From an uncultured Candidatus Rokubacteria bacterium (GTDB lineage Bacteria; Methylomirabilota; Methylomirabilia; Rokubacteriales; DASRDR01): a stretch of DNA of 64,000 nt. The notes beneath the pieces are model-generated. The model was not told the DNA's origin, did no database searches, and was given only the letters and a program-made list of their open reading frames with translations. Location: positions 32,001 to 96,000 of the forward strand of contig CAVPSB010000013.1 in assembly GCA_963708025.1 (NCBI GenBank), written 5' to 3'. Shown here piece after piece: positions 18,965-28,458 of the stretch (positions are counted from its first letter, which is position 1; each line of letters begins with the position of its first letter). The translations under genes and the position numbers were made by a program.

Positions 18965-20172
18965 CGTCGTGGTGGTGGGGGCCGGCCCGGCCGGCGCCGC
19001 CACCGCCATCCTGCTGGCCGAGGCCGGCCACGAGGTGGTGCTGCTCGACCGCGCGCGCTTCCCGCGGGACAAGGTCTGCGGCGAGTACCTGTCGCCGGAA
19101 GGGAGCCGGATCCTCGACCGCCTCGGGGTGCTGAAGGCGGTGGAAGCGGCCGGCGCCCGGCCGCTCCGCGGCATGCGGATCGTCGCGCCGGACGGCACCA
19201 CGCTGATCGGCGACTACCCGCGGAGCGGCCGCTGGCGCGGCTACCGCGATCACGCCCTCGCGGTCCGGCGCCTGGCCTTCGACGCCGTCCTGGTCGAGCG
19301 CGCCCGGGCGCTGCCGGTCACGGTGCGCGAAGGCTTCCGGGTCACCGGGCTCGTCCGGGACGGCGCGGGCGTGGCCGGGGTGGAGGGCATCCCGGAGGGG
19401 ACCGCGGGACCAGTGGAGCGCCTCGACGCCCGCCTCGTGGTCGGCGCCGACGGGCGCGCCTCGGTCGTCGCCCGCCGCCTCGACCTCGTCCGCCCCCATC
19501 GCTGGCTCCGGCGGCTCGCTCTCATGACCCATGCCGAGGGGGTCGTCCACGACGCCGAGCGCGGCGAGATCTTCCTGGCCCCGCCGGCTTACTCGATCGT
19601 CAACCCCGTGGGTGACGGGCAGGTGAACCTGAGCCTCGTGGTGCCGGCGGCCGAGGGCGTCCGTCACAAGGCGGACCTCGCCGGCTACTTCGACCGCACG
19701 CTGGCCACGCTCCCCCGCCTCCGCGACCGGCTCGGCGGGGCGCCATCGGGTGCGCCCGGTGCGGGCCCTCGGCCCCCTCGCCTACCGGGTGGCGCCGCCG
19801 CGCCACGACGGCGTCCTCCTGGTCGGGGACGCCTTCGGCTTCCTCGACCCGTTCACCGGCGAGGGCATCTTCGCCGCGCTCCGCTCCGCGGAGGTGGCCG
19901 GCGAGGTCGCCGACGCCGCGCTGCGGGCCGGCGACTGCTCGGCGGCGGCGCTGGCACCGGCCCACGCGCGGCGCCGGGCGGCGCTCGCGGGCAAGGAGCG
20001 CCTCGCGATCCTGCTCCAGCGGCTGATCGCACGCCGGTGGCTGGCGGTCCGCGTGGCCCGCCGGCTGGCGGCGCATCCCGAGGCGCTCGAGCTGCTCATG
20101 GGCGTCATCGGCGATTTCGTCCCGCCGGCTGCGGTGCTCTCGCCGCGGTTCGTCGCGCGGCTCTGCCGGTGA
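18951..20172 (+). CDS. FAD-dependent oxidoreductase (geranylgeranyl-reductase-like); frameshift near 19740
   Basis: VVVGAGPAG, FPRDKVCGE, VVGADG, LVGDAFGFLDPFTGEGI. Confidence 0.88.
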
Positions 20173-20999
20173 GCCCCGACCCGGGTCGCTTCGCGAGGCT
20201 GGCCGGGGCGGCCGAGGGGACCGTCCGCCTGGCGGAGGCGGCCCTGTGGGTGGCGGCCGAGGAGTACCCGGAGCTCGACATCGCGGCCTGGCTCCGCCGG
20301 CTCGACACGCTCGGGGACGCCGCCCGGCGCCGCATCCCGTCGGAGGCGACGGCCGACGAGGCGGCGGCCGCGCTCCGGGCGCTGCTCGCCGAGGAGGAAG
20401 GGCTCCGCGGCAACGCCGAGGACTACTACGATCCGCGCAACAGCTTCCTGAACGACGTGCTCGAGCGGCGGCTCGGGATCCCGATCACGCTCTCCGTGAT
20501 CTACATCGACGTCGCCGCCCGGGCCGGCGTGAGCGTCCGCGGGGTCGGCCTGCCCGGCCATTTCATCGTCCGGCTCACCCGCCACGGGGCGGCCCGTCTG
20601 CTCGATCCCTTCAACGGCGGCGTGGTCATCGGCGAGGCCGACTGCCACGCCCTCGTGCGGCGGGTGCGCGGGCCGGACGCCGGGTTCGACGCGGCGTACG
20701 TCCGCCCCGTCACGACCGCGGAGATCGTCGCCCGGATGCTCGCCAACCTCAAGGCCATCTATACCGGCCGGGGCGACTGGCCGCCGGCGCTCCGCACCGT
20801 CGAGTGCCTGGTCGCGCTCCAACCCGAGGCGCTGGGCGAGGTCCGCGATCGCGGATCGATCCACGGCAAGCTGGGAGACGCCCGGGCGGCCATCCGCGAC
20901 TGGGAGCGCTATCTCCGTGCCGCCCCGGAGGCGGCCGACGCGGACGACGTTCGCCAGCGCCTGCGCGCGCTTCGCCAGTCGCTCGGCGTCCTCAACTAG
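20169..20999 (+). CDS. SirB1/YchA family transglutaminase-like TPR protein
   Basis: GNAEDYYDPRNSFLNDVLERRLGIPITLS, PGHF, DPFNGG, RMLANLK. Confidence 0.9.
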   Translation: MSPDPGRFARLAGAAEGTVRLAEAALWVAAEEYPELDIAAWLRRLDTLGDAARRRIPSEATADEAAAALRALLAEEEGLRGNAEDYYDPRNSFLNDVLERRLGIPITLSVIYIDVAARAGVSVRGVGLPGHFIVRLTRHGAARLLDPFNGGVVIGEADCHALVRRVRGPDAGFDAAYVRPVTTAEIVARMLANLKAIYTGRGDWPPALRTVECLVALQPEALGEVRDRGSIHGKLGDARAAIRDWERYLRAAPEAADADDVRQRLRALRQSLGVLN

Positions 21000-21111
21000 G
21001 CTCTCCAGGCAGTGGGACCGCGACCGCCGGCATGTCCCATCTGGGACGGAGCGGAAAGCTTGGTCGGCCGGGCCGGGGCCGGGTATGTTGAAACCCTGAT
21101 CGGCAACTACC

Positions 21112-22590
21112 ATGGCTGGCCTGTCCATCCGCGCCCGGGGTCCGCGCCTCCCGGAAGATGACGCCATCTTCCGGGCGCGCCGGCGTGAGCGCCGGCTCCT
21201 CCAGGAGATCGCGGTCCGTGCCACCCTCTGCCTGGCCTTCCTCGCGCTCAACGAGCTTCTCGATCTCGGGACCGGCCCGCTGGCCAACCCGATCGTCCGC
21301 GCCGCCGCGCTCCTCGCCCTCCTCCTGAACCTGCCGTACTACCTCGCGGCGCGCCTCGGGCGACGGCTGCGGGCTCAGGCCTATGGCCGCATGCTGGTCA
21401 ACGTCGCCCTCCTCACCCTCGGCCTCTACGGGGCCGGTGGCCTCGCGGCCGCTCCCTACGTCGCGGTCTACGCCATCGTGGCCGTTTACGCCGGCACCGT
21501 CCTCTCCAGCCTGGCCTGCGTCGTGGCCACGCTCACGGCGACCGCGAGCTATCTCCTCGTCGTCGTCCTCCAGGGGAAGGGCGTTCTGCCGGCCACCGGC
21601 GTGGTGCCGCCTAACGCGTGGGCGGTGGCGATGTTCAACCTGCTCCTGGTCAACGTGGTCGGCGCGCTCGCCGCGACCCTCTCCGAGGCCTACCGGCAGA
21701 GCCGCCGGCGGCTCGCCACCTTGTACCAGGAGCTGGAGCGCGCCTACGACGGCTCGTCCAAGCTCAACGCCGAGATCCAGCGCTCCGCCCGGCTCAACGT
21801 GCTCGGCGAGGTCGTCGCCGGGATCACCCACGAGATCCGCAACGCGCTCCAGGGCTCGGTCCTCGCGCTCGAGATGGTCCGCCAGGAGGTCGCTGCCGCC
21901 GTCCCGGCCGTCCTCGGCGAGCTGGACCGGATCGAGCATGGCTGCGAGACCGCGCTGCGCATCGTGCGCAACGTGCTCCACACGGCGCGTCACGCCTCGG
22001 AAGAAAAGGGACCGGTCTCGCTGGCCGAGATCGCGCGGCGGACGGTCGATCTCCGGGGCTACGACCTCCGGCGCGAGGGGATCGCCATCCAGCTCGACTT
22101 CCCGCGGGAGTTCCCGCTCGTCATCGGCAACCCCTTCCGGCTCCAGCAGGTGCTGCTGAACCTCGTGACCAACGCCCAGGAGGCCCTCCGCGCGGGCGGG
22201 CGCACCCGGACGATCGCCCTCGTCGGCTCGGCTGGCGAGGGGCGCGCGGTCGTCGAGGTCCACGACACCGGCCCCGGCATCGCCGAGGGCGCCCTCCCGC
22301 GCCTCTTCGAGCCGTTCTTCACGACCAAGCCGAACGGCACCGGGCTCGGCCTCGCGATCTCGGTCAACATCGTGCGCGAGTGCGGCGGGGACCTCAGCGC
22401 CCGAAACCGCCCCGAGGGCGGCGCCATCTTCCGCGTGAGCCTGCCGCTGGCGCCGGCCTCGAAGGGCGAGGCGCCGGGGGCGACGAGCGTGGACCGGCGT
22501 CCCGCCTCGCCGCAGAACGGGTCGCGGGTGGACGGTCAGGCGCCCCGCCCCAGCTCCACCGTGACCGCCAGCCCGCCCTCCGCCCGGTAG
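21112..22590 (+). CDS. Membrane-bound sensor histidine kinase
   Basis: Multiple TM segments; ITHEIRN H-box, QQVLLNL..NA, DTGPGI, FEPFFTTK..GTGLGL. Confidence 0.9.
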   Translation: MAGLSIRARGPRLPEDDAIFRARRRERRLLQEIAVRATLCLAFLALNELLDLGTGPLANPIVRAAALLALLLNLPYYLAARLGRRLRAQAYGRMLVNVALLTLGLYGAGGLAAAPYVAVYAIVAVYAGTVLSSLACVVATLTATASYLLVVVLQGKGVLPATGVVPPNAWAVAMFNLLLVNVVGALAATLSEAYRQSRRRLATLYQELERAYDGSSKLNAEIQRSARLNVLGEVVAGITHEIRNALQGSVLALEMVRQEVAAAVPAVLGELDRIEHGCETALRIVRNVLHTARHASEEKGPVSLAEIARRTVDLRGYDLRREGIAIQLDFPREFPLVIGNPFRLQQVLLNLVTNAQEALRAGGRTRTIALVGSAGEGRAVVEVHDTGPGIAEGALPRLFEPFFTTKPNGTGLGLAISVNIVRECGGDLSARNRPEGGAIFRVSLPLAPASKGEAPGATSVDRRPASPQNGSRVDGQAPRPSSTVTASPPSAR

Positions 22591-22981
22591 ACCGCGAACT
22601 CGGCGCCCGTGAGCTGGCGGATCACCGCCATGTTGGTCGTGCCGTGGCGGGTGAGCGGCACCGTGCGGAGGGCACCGCCGCCGGCCGGGCCAGGGGGACG
22701 AGGAGCTGGTCGGCCAGGTGGGGGCCGACCGGCACCTGAGCCGCGAGGTACTGGCGCACCTCCTGGACCGCGTGGTCGGCCACCGCCTCGGCCCGCACGT
22801 TGACCTCGCCGAAGCCCGTGAACACCTCGGTCACGTGCTCGCTCTCGAGCTCGAGCAGCACCACGTTGCCCGGGCCGCGGGCTCCGTCGCGCGCGCCCAG
22901 CGTCACCGCCTCCAGCTCGTCGGGACGGAAGCCCAGCTTGTCCCGCACGACCCGCAGCTCCCGGTGGGCGATGCTGGCAAC
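22536..22981 (-). pseudogene. rtcA: RNA 3'-terminal phosphate cyclase, C-terminal fragment only
   Basis: IAHREL, GPGNVV, TEVFTGFG..RAEAVA, VGPHLADQLLVP, TRHGTTN; 5' part absent and a frameshift near 22690. Confidence 0.82.
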
Positions 22982-23032
22982 TACGGGTTGGATACTCCTT
23001 GAGAGCGGCTGGGCGGGGCGGACGGGTTGCGC

Positions 23033-23065
23033 CTTCCCTCTCCCCCGACCGGGGGAGAGGGAAGG
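23033..23065. repeat. Palindromic repeat family C downstream of gnd
   Basis: CCTTCCCTCTCCCCCG-AC-CGGGGGAGAGGGAAGG inverted repeat. Confidence 0.75.
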
Positions 23066-23098
23066 AACTCAGAGCCGGCGCGGGTTTCCGATCGAAGT

Positions 23099-24121
23099 CT
23101 AGTGGCCTCCGAACTTGCGGCGCATCGCCTGGAGCACCCGGCAGGCGAACTTGTCCTCGCCGCGCGACGTGAAGCGCTCGTACAACGAGGCGGTGAGCAC
23201 CGTTGCCGGCACCCCTTCCTCGATGGCGGCGAGCACGGTCCAGCGGCCCTCACCGGAGTCCGGCACCTCGGCCTTGTCGTGCGACAGCTCGGGGTCCTCG
23301 GCCAGGGCCGCGGCCGTCAGGTCCAGCAGCCACGACGCGACCACGCTGCCGCGCCGCCACACCTCGGCGATGTCCGGCAGGTTGAAGTCGTACTGGAAGT
23401 GCTGGGGATCCCGCAGGGGCGTGATCTCGGCGCTCGCGGCCTCGCGGCCCTGCTTGCCGACGTTGGCGTGCTTGATGATGTTGAGGCCCTCGCCGTAGGC
23501 GGCCATCAGACCGTACTCGATGCCATTGTGGACCATCTTGACGAAGTGGCCGGCACCGGCGGGGCCGCAGTGGAGGTAGCCGTCCTCGGCGGTGCTCTTG
23601 ACCTTCTCGCGGCCGGGCGTGCGCGGGGCGTCGCCGCGGCCGGGCGCCAGCGCCTTGAAGATCGGGTCGAGGTGCTTCACCGCCGCGTCCGGCCCGCCGA
23701 TCATCAGGCAGTAGCCGCGCTCCAGACCCCAGACGCCGCCGCTCGTGCCGACGTCCATGTACTGGATGCCCTTGGGGGCCAGCTCCTTGCTGCGGCGGAT
23801 GTCGTCGATGTAGTAGGAGTTGCCACCGTCGATGACGATGTCGCCCGACTGCAGCATCGGGACGAGGTCCGCGAGGACGCGGTCCACCACGCCGGCGGGT
23901 GTCATCAGCCAGACGGCCCGCGGCGGGCTCAGCTTCGAGACGAGGTCCTTGAGCGCGGACGTCCCCGCGGCCTGGGCTCCCGCCTCCTTCTGCACCCGCT
24001 GCGCCGTCTCGGCGACCACCTCGGCGCTGCGATCATTGACGACCATCTGGTGCCCGGCCTTGGCCAGGCGGACCACCATATTCTGTCCCATGCGGCCCAG
24101 ACCTACCATGCCCAGCTGCAC
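23099..24121 (-). CDS. gnd: 6-phosphogluconate dehydrogenase, decarboxylating (short YqeC-type)
   Basis: [56 protein letters not shown] before GTG. Confidence 0.95.
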   Translation of the reverse strand: MQLGMVGLGRMGQNMVVRLAKAGHQMVVNDRSAEVVAETAQRVQKEAGAQAAGTSALKDLVSKLSPPRAVWLMTPAGVVDRVLADLVPMLQSGDIVIDGGNSYYIDDIRRSKELAPKGIQYMDVGTSGGVWGLERGYCLMIGGPDAAVKHLDPIFKALAPGRGDAPRTPGREKVKSTAEDGYLHCGPAGAGHFVKMVHNGIEYGLMAAYGEGLNIIKHANVGKQGREAASAEITPLRDPQHFQYDFNLPDIAEVWRRGSVVASWLLDLTAAALAEDPELSHDKAEVPDSGEGRWTVLAAIEEGVPATVLTASLYERFTSRGEDKFACRVLQAMRRKFGGH

Positions 24122-24340
24122 GATGGTGCTCCTTTCGGGTGGTTGGGGGTGTCCTTCGCGTCTCGCCAGTGAGCCGAAGCCGTCGCCATCGACAGGCGTA
24201 GTGGAACAAAAGCACGTTTCCGGGTAAGGCGTCAAGCCCGGGGGTGGCTGGCCGCTGCGTCTTCTCCCGCCGCAGCCTCCTCCCGGCACCCTCCCTTCGG
24301 CGCGTTGACCGGTCGCCGGGGCCTGCGTACCCTACCGGGC

Positions 24341-24712
24341 ATGGCGGTAGCCCGGAAGGGAGCATGGGCACTCGCCCTCGGCGCTGGGCTGCTCGTGGCG
24401 CCGGCGCGGCTGCCCGCCCAGGAGATCTACCAGGCGGTCATCCTGGACCTGACCGACCTCGCGGTCCACGTCACCGTGGCGCGGGCCCGGGGCGACGACC
24501 AGCTCCGGCTGCTCCTCCGGGACGCCGCCGGCCGGATCCGCCAGGCGAGCGCCACTCCGGTCTCGGCCGGCCAGGCCTCCGGCGGGACGACGATCCTGAC
24601 CATCCCGCTGCCGCTCCTGGACGCCCGGGAGACGGAGTTCGCGGTGGTGCTGGTCCGGGGCGGGACGGAGATCCACCGGACGGAGTGGCGCCCGATCTTC
24701 GGATCGCGATGA
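24341..24712 (+). CDS. Secreted hypothetical protein
   Basis: Signal-peptide-like N-terminus, beta-rich body, GC3-biased codons. Confidence 0.6.
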   Translation: MAVARKGAWALALGAGLLVAPARLPAQEIYQAVILDLTDLAVHVTVARARGDDQLRLLLRDAAGRIRQASATPVSAGQASGGTTILTIPLPLLDARETEFAVVLVRGGTEIHRTEWRPIFGSR

Positions 24713-24738
24713 TTCGCCCTCCGCCCCTCCCGCTGGGT

Positions 24739-24864
24739 GCTCGTCGAGGTATCTCGTGTCGCGTGCAGTGCGGACTGAGCCACGAACAGCGTCCGAGCGG
24801 CGGCTTCGCCGCCGCAACCGAGGAGGGGCATCGGGGGCTCTTCCGAGACCCCCCGAAGTTCTAG
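24739..24864 (-). repeat. Repeat family B, full copy, directly after TAG
   Basis: Reverse complement CTAGAACTTCGGGGGGTCTCGGAAGAGCCCCCGATGCCCC..GCGGCGAAGCCGCCGCTCGGACGC..GACGAGC. Confidence 0.85.
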
Positions 24865-25064
24865 CCGACGAAGCGCTTGAGGTTCTTCAGGTAGTACGCG
24901 AGGGCCAGCGTGATCAGCGCCGTGACGATGGCGACCACCAGGTTCTCGAGGTGCCCCGTGTGTCGGTACTGCGCCGCCTCCCACCAGGTGAAGAAGACGC
25001 CGAAGAGGATGGCGGCGCCGATCAGGATGCGGTGGGCGATCAGGATGAGTGACGGCGCGCTCAT
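24861..25064 (-). CDS. Small two-TM membrane protein
   Basis: 67 aa, two hydrophobic helices, basic C-terminus. Confidence 0.65.
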   Translation of the reverse strand: MSAPSLILIAHRILIGAAILFGVFFTWWEAAQYRHTGHLENLVVAIVTALITLALAYYLKNLKRFVG

Positions 25065-25119
25065 CTCAATAGCCGGGCCGAGGCCCGAGGACGACCAGCC
25101 GCGACGGGTATCGGCACGG

Positions 25120-25909
25120 CTATACGACCCAGCCGCCGTCGACGCACAGCACCTGCCCCGTGACGTAGTTGGCGGCCGGCGACGCCAGGAAGACCACCGC
25201 CTCCGCGATGTCCTCGGGCTCGCCCATCCGCGGGATGGGGAGCGCCTCGACGGCATAGCGGAACCCCCGGGTCATCTCGGTCTCCACGCCCCCCGGCGCC
25301 ACCGCGTTCACGTAGATCCCCGCGTGCCCCACGTCCTTGGCGACCCACTTGGTGAGCGCGAGGACGCCACCCTTGGCGGCGGCGTAGGCCGGCCCCGAGC
25401 GCCCCTGGCGGGACGCGGGGTCGGCGCCGGCCCGCGAGACCGCGCCCCCGATGATCCCCGAGATCGACGCGATCGTCACGATCTTGCCGTAGCCCTGGGC
25501 CCGCATGACCGGCACCACGGCCTGGATCGTGAGGAAGGTCCCCTTGAGGACGACGTCCACCACCCGGTCCCAGGTCGCCTCGCTGGTCTCCTCGAGCGCG
25601 TCCCGGTGGACGACGCCGGCGGACGTGACCAGGATGTCGAGCCGGCCCAGCTCGCGCGCCACGCGCTCCACCGCGCCTCGGACGTCGGCCGCCGCGGTGA
25701 CGTCGAGGCGCAGGCCGAGCGCGCGGCGGCCGTGCTGGCCGACGAGGGCGATCGTCTCGTCCACCCGGCAGCAGATCGGCGGCGGCGACGTCGGCGCCGC
25801 CGCGGGCGAGGGCGACGGCGCAGGCCCGGCCGATGCCCCGGGCGGCCCCGGTGACCAACGCCACCTGGCCACGCAGGTCGCCGGGCCGGCTGGACCGCGC
25901 CTGGATCAT
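25120..25909 (-). CDS. SDR family oxidoreductase; frameshift near 25770
   Basis: ALVTGAARGIG, LDILVTSAG, YAAAKGG, VNAVAPG, VTGQVLCVDGG. Confidence 0.9.
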
Positions 25910-26349
25910 GCCCGCCGCGGGGTCGGTCGTGCCTCCTCCAGGCGCCCAAGCATGCGCTCGGCGGTCCCCTCGATGAAGCGGCGGTAGTCCTCGGGGGCGA
26001 GGACCTCGACGGGCCGGCTGGCGCCGAACTCCCGCGCGCACGCCACCGCGCTCGTGTTGTAGATCACGTACCGGACGCCGGGCCGCTCGGGGTAGGACCC
26101 GATGGCCCGCTCGGCCCGCGCGCGGAGCTCGGCGATCTCGCTGCGCGACGCCCGCTTGGTGGCGTTCGGCGCGCGCCGCTTCAGCACCGTCTCGTGGTGA
26201 TAGGCCTCCGGCGCAACGGGCTGACCCGTCACCGGGTCAACGAGCTTGTCGGGGTTGGGCGCCAGCGCGAGGCCGGCGAAGCCGCGGGCGTGCGCCTCGG
26301 CGAAGACGGCGGGAACCCGGTACTGGTCATCCTGGGCGGCGTCGGCCAT
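25906..26349 (-). CDS. Hypothetical protein
   Basis: 147 aa, GAGGAG RBS, ATGA coupling with the SDR gene. Confidence 0.7.
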   Translation of the reverse strand: MADAAQDDQYRVPAVFAEAHARGFAGLALAPNPDKLVDPVTGQPVAPEAYHHETVLKRRAPNATKRASRSEIAELRARAERAIGSYPERPGVRYVIYNTSAVACAREFGASRPVEVLAPEDYRRFIEGTAERMLGRLEEARPTPRRA

Positions 26350-26525
26350 CAGGCACTCCTCGCTCGGCGGCCCGTCGGGACCGGACCCGGCGTGAATGCG
26401 TTGCCTCGCGCGCCGCCGTCGCGGCGCTCTCCGGGAGGTACCTGTGCGGGAAAGCGCGCCGCCCGAGCGGGCCGGCGGGCTCTCCTGCCCCTAGTGAGGC
26501 ACGGGCGCGCGCCGCTGTCAAGATT

Positions 26526-26608
26526 CGGGGTCAGGCCTTTCAATCTTTCAGTTCGGCTCCGCCGAGCGCGGCCGGGCTCGAACTGTAAGAATGAAAGGCC
26601 TGACCCCG
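26526..26608. repeat. REP-like inverted pair (GGGGTCAGG type)
   Basis: CGGGGTCAGGCCTTTCAATCTTTCAGTTCG ... CGAACTGTAAGAATGAAAGGCCTGACCCCG; 30-bp arms with 2 mismatches. Confidence 0.8.
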
Positions 26609-26609
26609 G

Positions 26610-26713
26610 CTAGTGCCGTTCCAACTAGATGAGCCAGACTGGACAAGCGATTCTTGAAGCACCGACTTACCACATTCCTCGAAAGCACTGGCTGGAAGTT
26701 GGAACGGCACTAG
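26610..26713. mobile_element. MITE-like element with perfect terminal inverted repeats
   Basis: CTAGTGCCGTTCCAACT ... AGTTGGAACGGCACTAG (17 bp including CTAG); lower-GC interior; overlaps the treS TAG. Confidence 0.8.
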
Positions 26714-28380
26714 AGGCCGTAGCAGCTCCAGGCGTCGGGCTCGGCTTCGCCCACCGGCTCCAGGTGGAACCAGTAGTAGCCGTAGGGGCCCAGGCTGAGG
26801 GGGTAGAGGTCCGTCCCGATGAGCGGGAACCGGGCGCCGCCCAGCGCCTCGACCGGCACCCGGCCCGCGAACCGCCGGAGGTCCAGGTGGACCGGCTGGG
26901 CCGAGGCGGCCAGGTTGTTGACGACCAGCAGCGTCTGGCCCTGGTGCTCGCGCAGGTACGCCAGGACCCGATGGTTCACCGGGCGCAGGAACTCGATTGC
27001 GCCCCGCCCCAGCGCCCGGTAGCGCTTCCGGGCCCCGATGAGCTGGCGCATGGCGTTGAGCAGGGACGCCGGCGTGCGAAGCTGCGCCTCGACGTTGATC
27101 GCCTGGTAGCCGTAGACCGGGTCCCGGATCACCGGGCTGTACAGCCGCGACGGCTCGGCCCGCGAGAAGCCGGCGTTGCCGTCCCCCGACCACTGCATCG
27201 GGGTGCGGACGCCGTTCCGGTCCCCCAGGTAGATGTTGTCGCCCATCCCGATCTCGTCGCCGTAGTAGAGGACCGGGCTGCCCGGCATCGTGAAGAGCAT
27301 GCTCGTCAGCAGCTCGATCTTCCGCCGGTCGTTGTCGAGGAGGGGCGCCAGCCGGCGGCGGATCCCGAGGTTCAGCTTGGCCTGCCGGTCGGGGGCGTAG
27401 GCATAGTACATGTACTCCCGCTCCTCCTCCGTGACCATCTCGAGCGTCAGCTCGTCGTGGTTGCGGAGGAAGAAGCACCACTGGCAGGTCCCGGGGATGG
27501 CCGGGGTGTGGGTGAAGATGTCGGTGATCGGTCGCCGGTCCTCGCTCTTGACCGCCATGAACATGCGGGGCATCAGCGGGAAGTGGAACGCCATGTGGAA
27601 CTCGTCCCCGTCCGCGAAGTAGGCCCGCACGTCCTCCGGCCACTGGTTCGCCTCGGCCAGCAGGATCCGTCCCGGATACGTCTCGTCGAGCCGGCGGCGG
27701 AGCGCCCGCAGGTAGGCGTGGGTCTCGGGCAGGTTCTCGCAGCTGGTGCCCTCCCGCTCGAAGAGGTAGGGCACCGCGTCGCAGCGGAAGCCGTCCAGCC
27801 CCTTCTCGAGCCAGAACGACATGACGTCGAGCATGGCCGCCCGGACCGCCGGGTTGTCGTAGTTGAGGTCCGGCTGGTGGCTGAAGAAGCGGTGCCAGTA
27901 GTACTGCCCGGCCAGCGGGTCCCAGGTCCAGTTCGAGCGCTCGGTGTCCGTGAAGATGATCCGGGCGTCCCGGTAGCGCCCCGGGTCGTCGCTCCAGACG
28001 TAGTAGTCCCGGAGCGGCGACGCCGGATCCCGGCGCGCCTCCTGGAACCAGGGGTGTTGGTCCGAGGTGTGGTTCATGACGAGGTCGGCGATCACGCGCA
28101 GACCGCGCCGGTGGGCCTCGTCCAGGAAATCCTTGAAGTCGCCGAGGGTGCCGTAGTCCGGGTGGACCGAGCAGAAGTCGGCGATGTCGTAGCCGTCGTC
28201 GCGGAGCGGCGAGGGATACATCGGCAGGATCCACAGGCAGTCCACGCCGAGCCGCTGGATGTAGTCGAGCTTCTGGGTGAGACCCCGGAAGTCCCCGATC
28301 CCGTCGCCGTTCGAGTCGTGGAACGCCTTGACGTGGACCTCGTAGAAGACGGCGTCCTTGTACCAGAGGTCGTCGGTCAT
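26710..28380 (-). CDS. treS: Trehalose synthase / maltose alpha-D-glucosyltransferase (GH13)
   Basis: [72 protein letters not shown]. Confidence 0.95.
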   Translation of the reverse strand: MTDDLWYKDAVFYEVHVKAFHDSNGDGIGDFRGLTQKLDYIQRLGVDCLWILPMYPSPLRDDGYDIADFCSVHPDYGTLGDFKDFLDEAHRRGLRVIADLVMNHTSDQHPWFQEARRDPASPLRDYYVWSDDPGRYRDARIIFTDTERSNWTWDPLAGQYYWHRFFSHQPDLNYDNPAVRAAMLDVMSFWLEKGLDGFRCDAVPYLFEREGTSCENLPETHAYLRALRRRLDETYPGRILLAEANQWPEDVRAYFADGDEFHMAFHFPLMPRMFMAVKSEDRRPITDIFTHTPAIPGTCQWCFFLRNHDELTLEMVTEEEREYMYYAYAPDRQAKLNLGIRRRLAPLLDNDRRKIELLTSMLFTMPGSPVLYYGDEIGMGDNIYLGDRNGVRTPMQWSGDGNAGFSRAEPSRLYSPVIRDPVYGYQAINVEAQLRTPASLLNAMRQLIGARKRYRALGRGAIEFLRPVNHRVLAYLREHQGQTLLVVNNLAASAQPVHLDLRRFAGRVPVEALGGARFPLIGTDLYPLSLGPYGYYWFHLEPVGEAEPDAWSCYGL

Positions 28381-28458
28381 GTCAGCGCTCGGCTGAACTC
28401 ATCTTACCGTAGACGACGCCTGCCCTCCGAGCAGTGCATGGCGTGGCCGGCCGGATGC

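Noticed and set aside
18951-20999. FAD oxidoreductase-SirB1 fusion (682 aa)
   Set aside because: Produced by the frameshift near 19740; the oxidoreductase C-terminus is in another frame and ends at 20172
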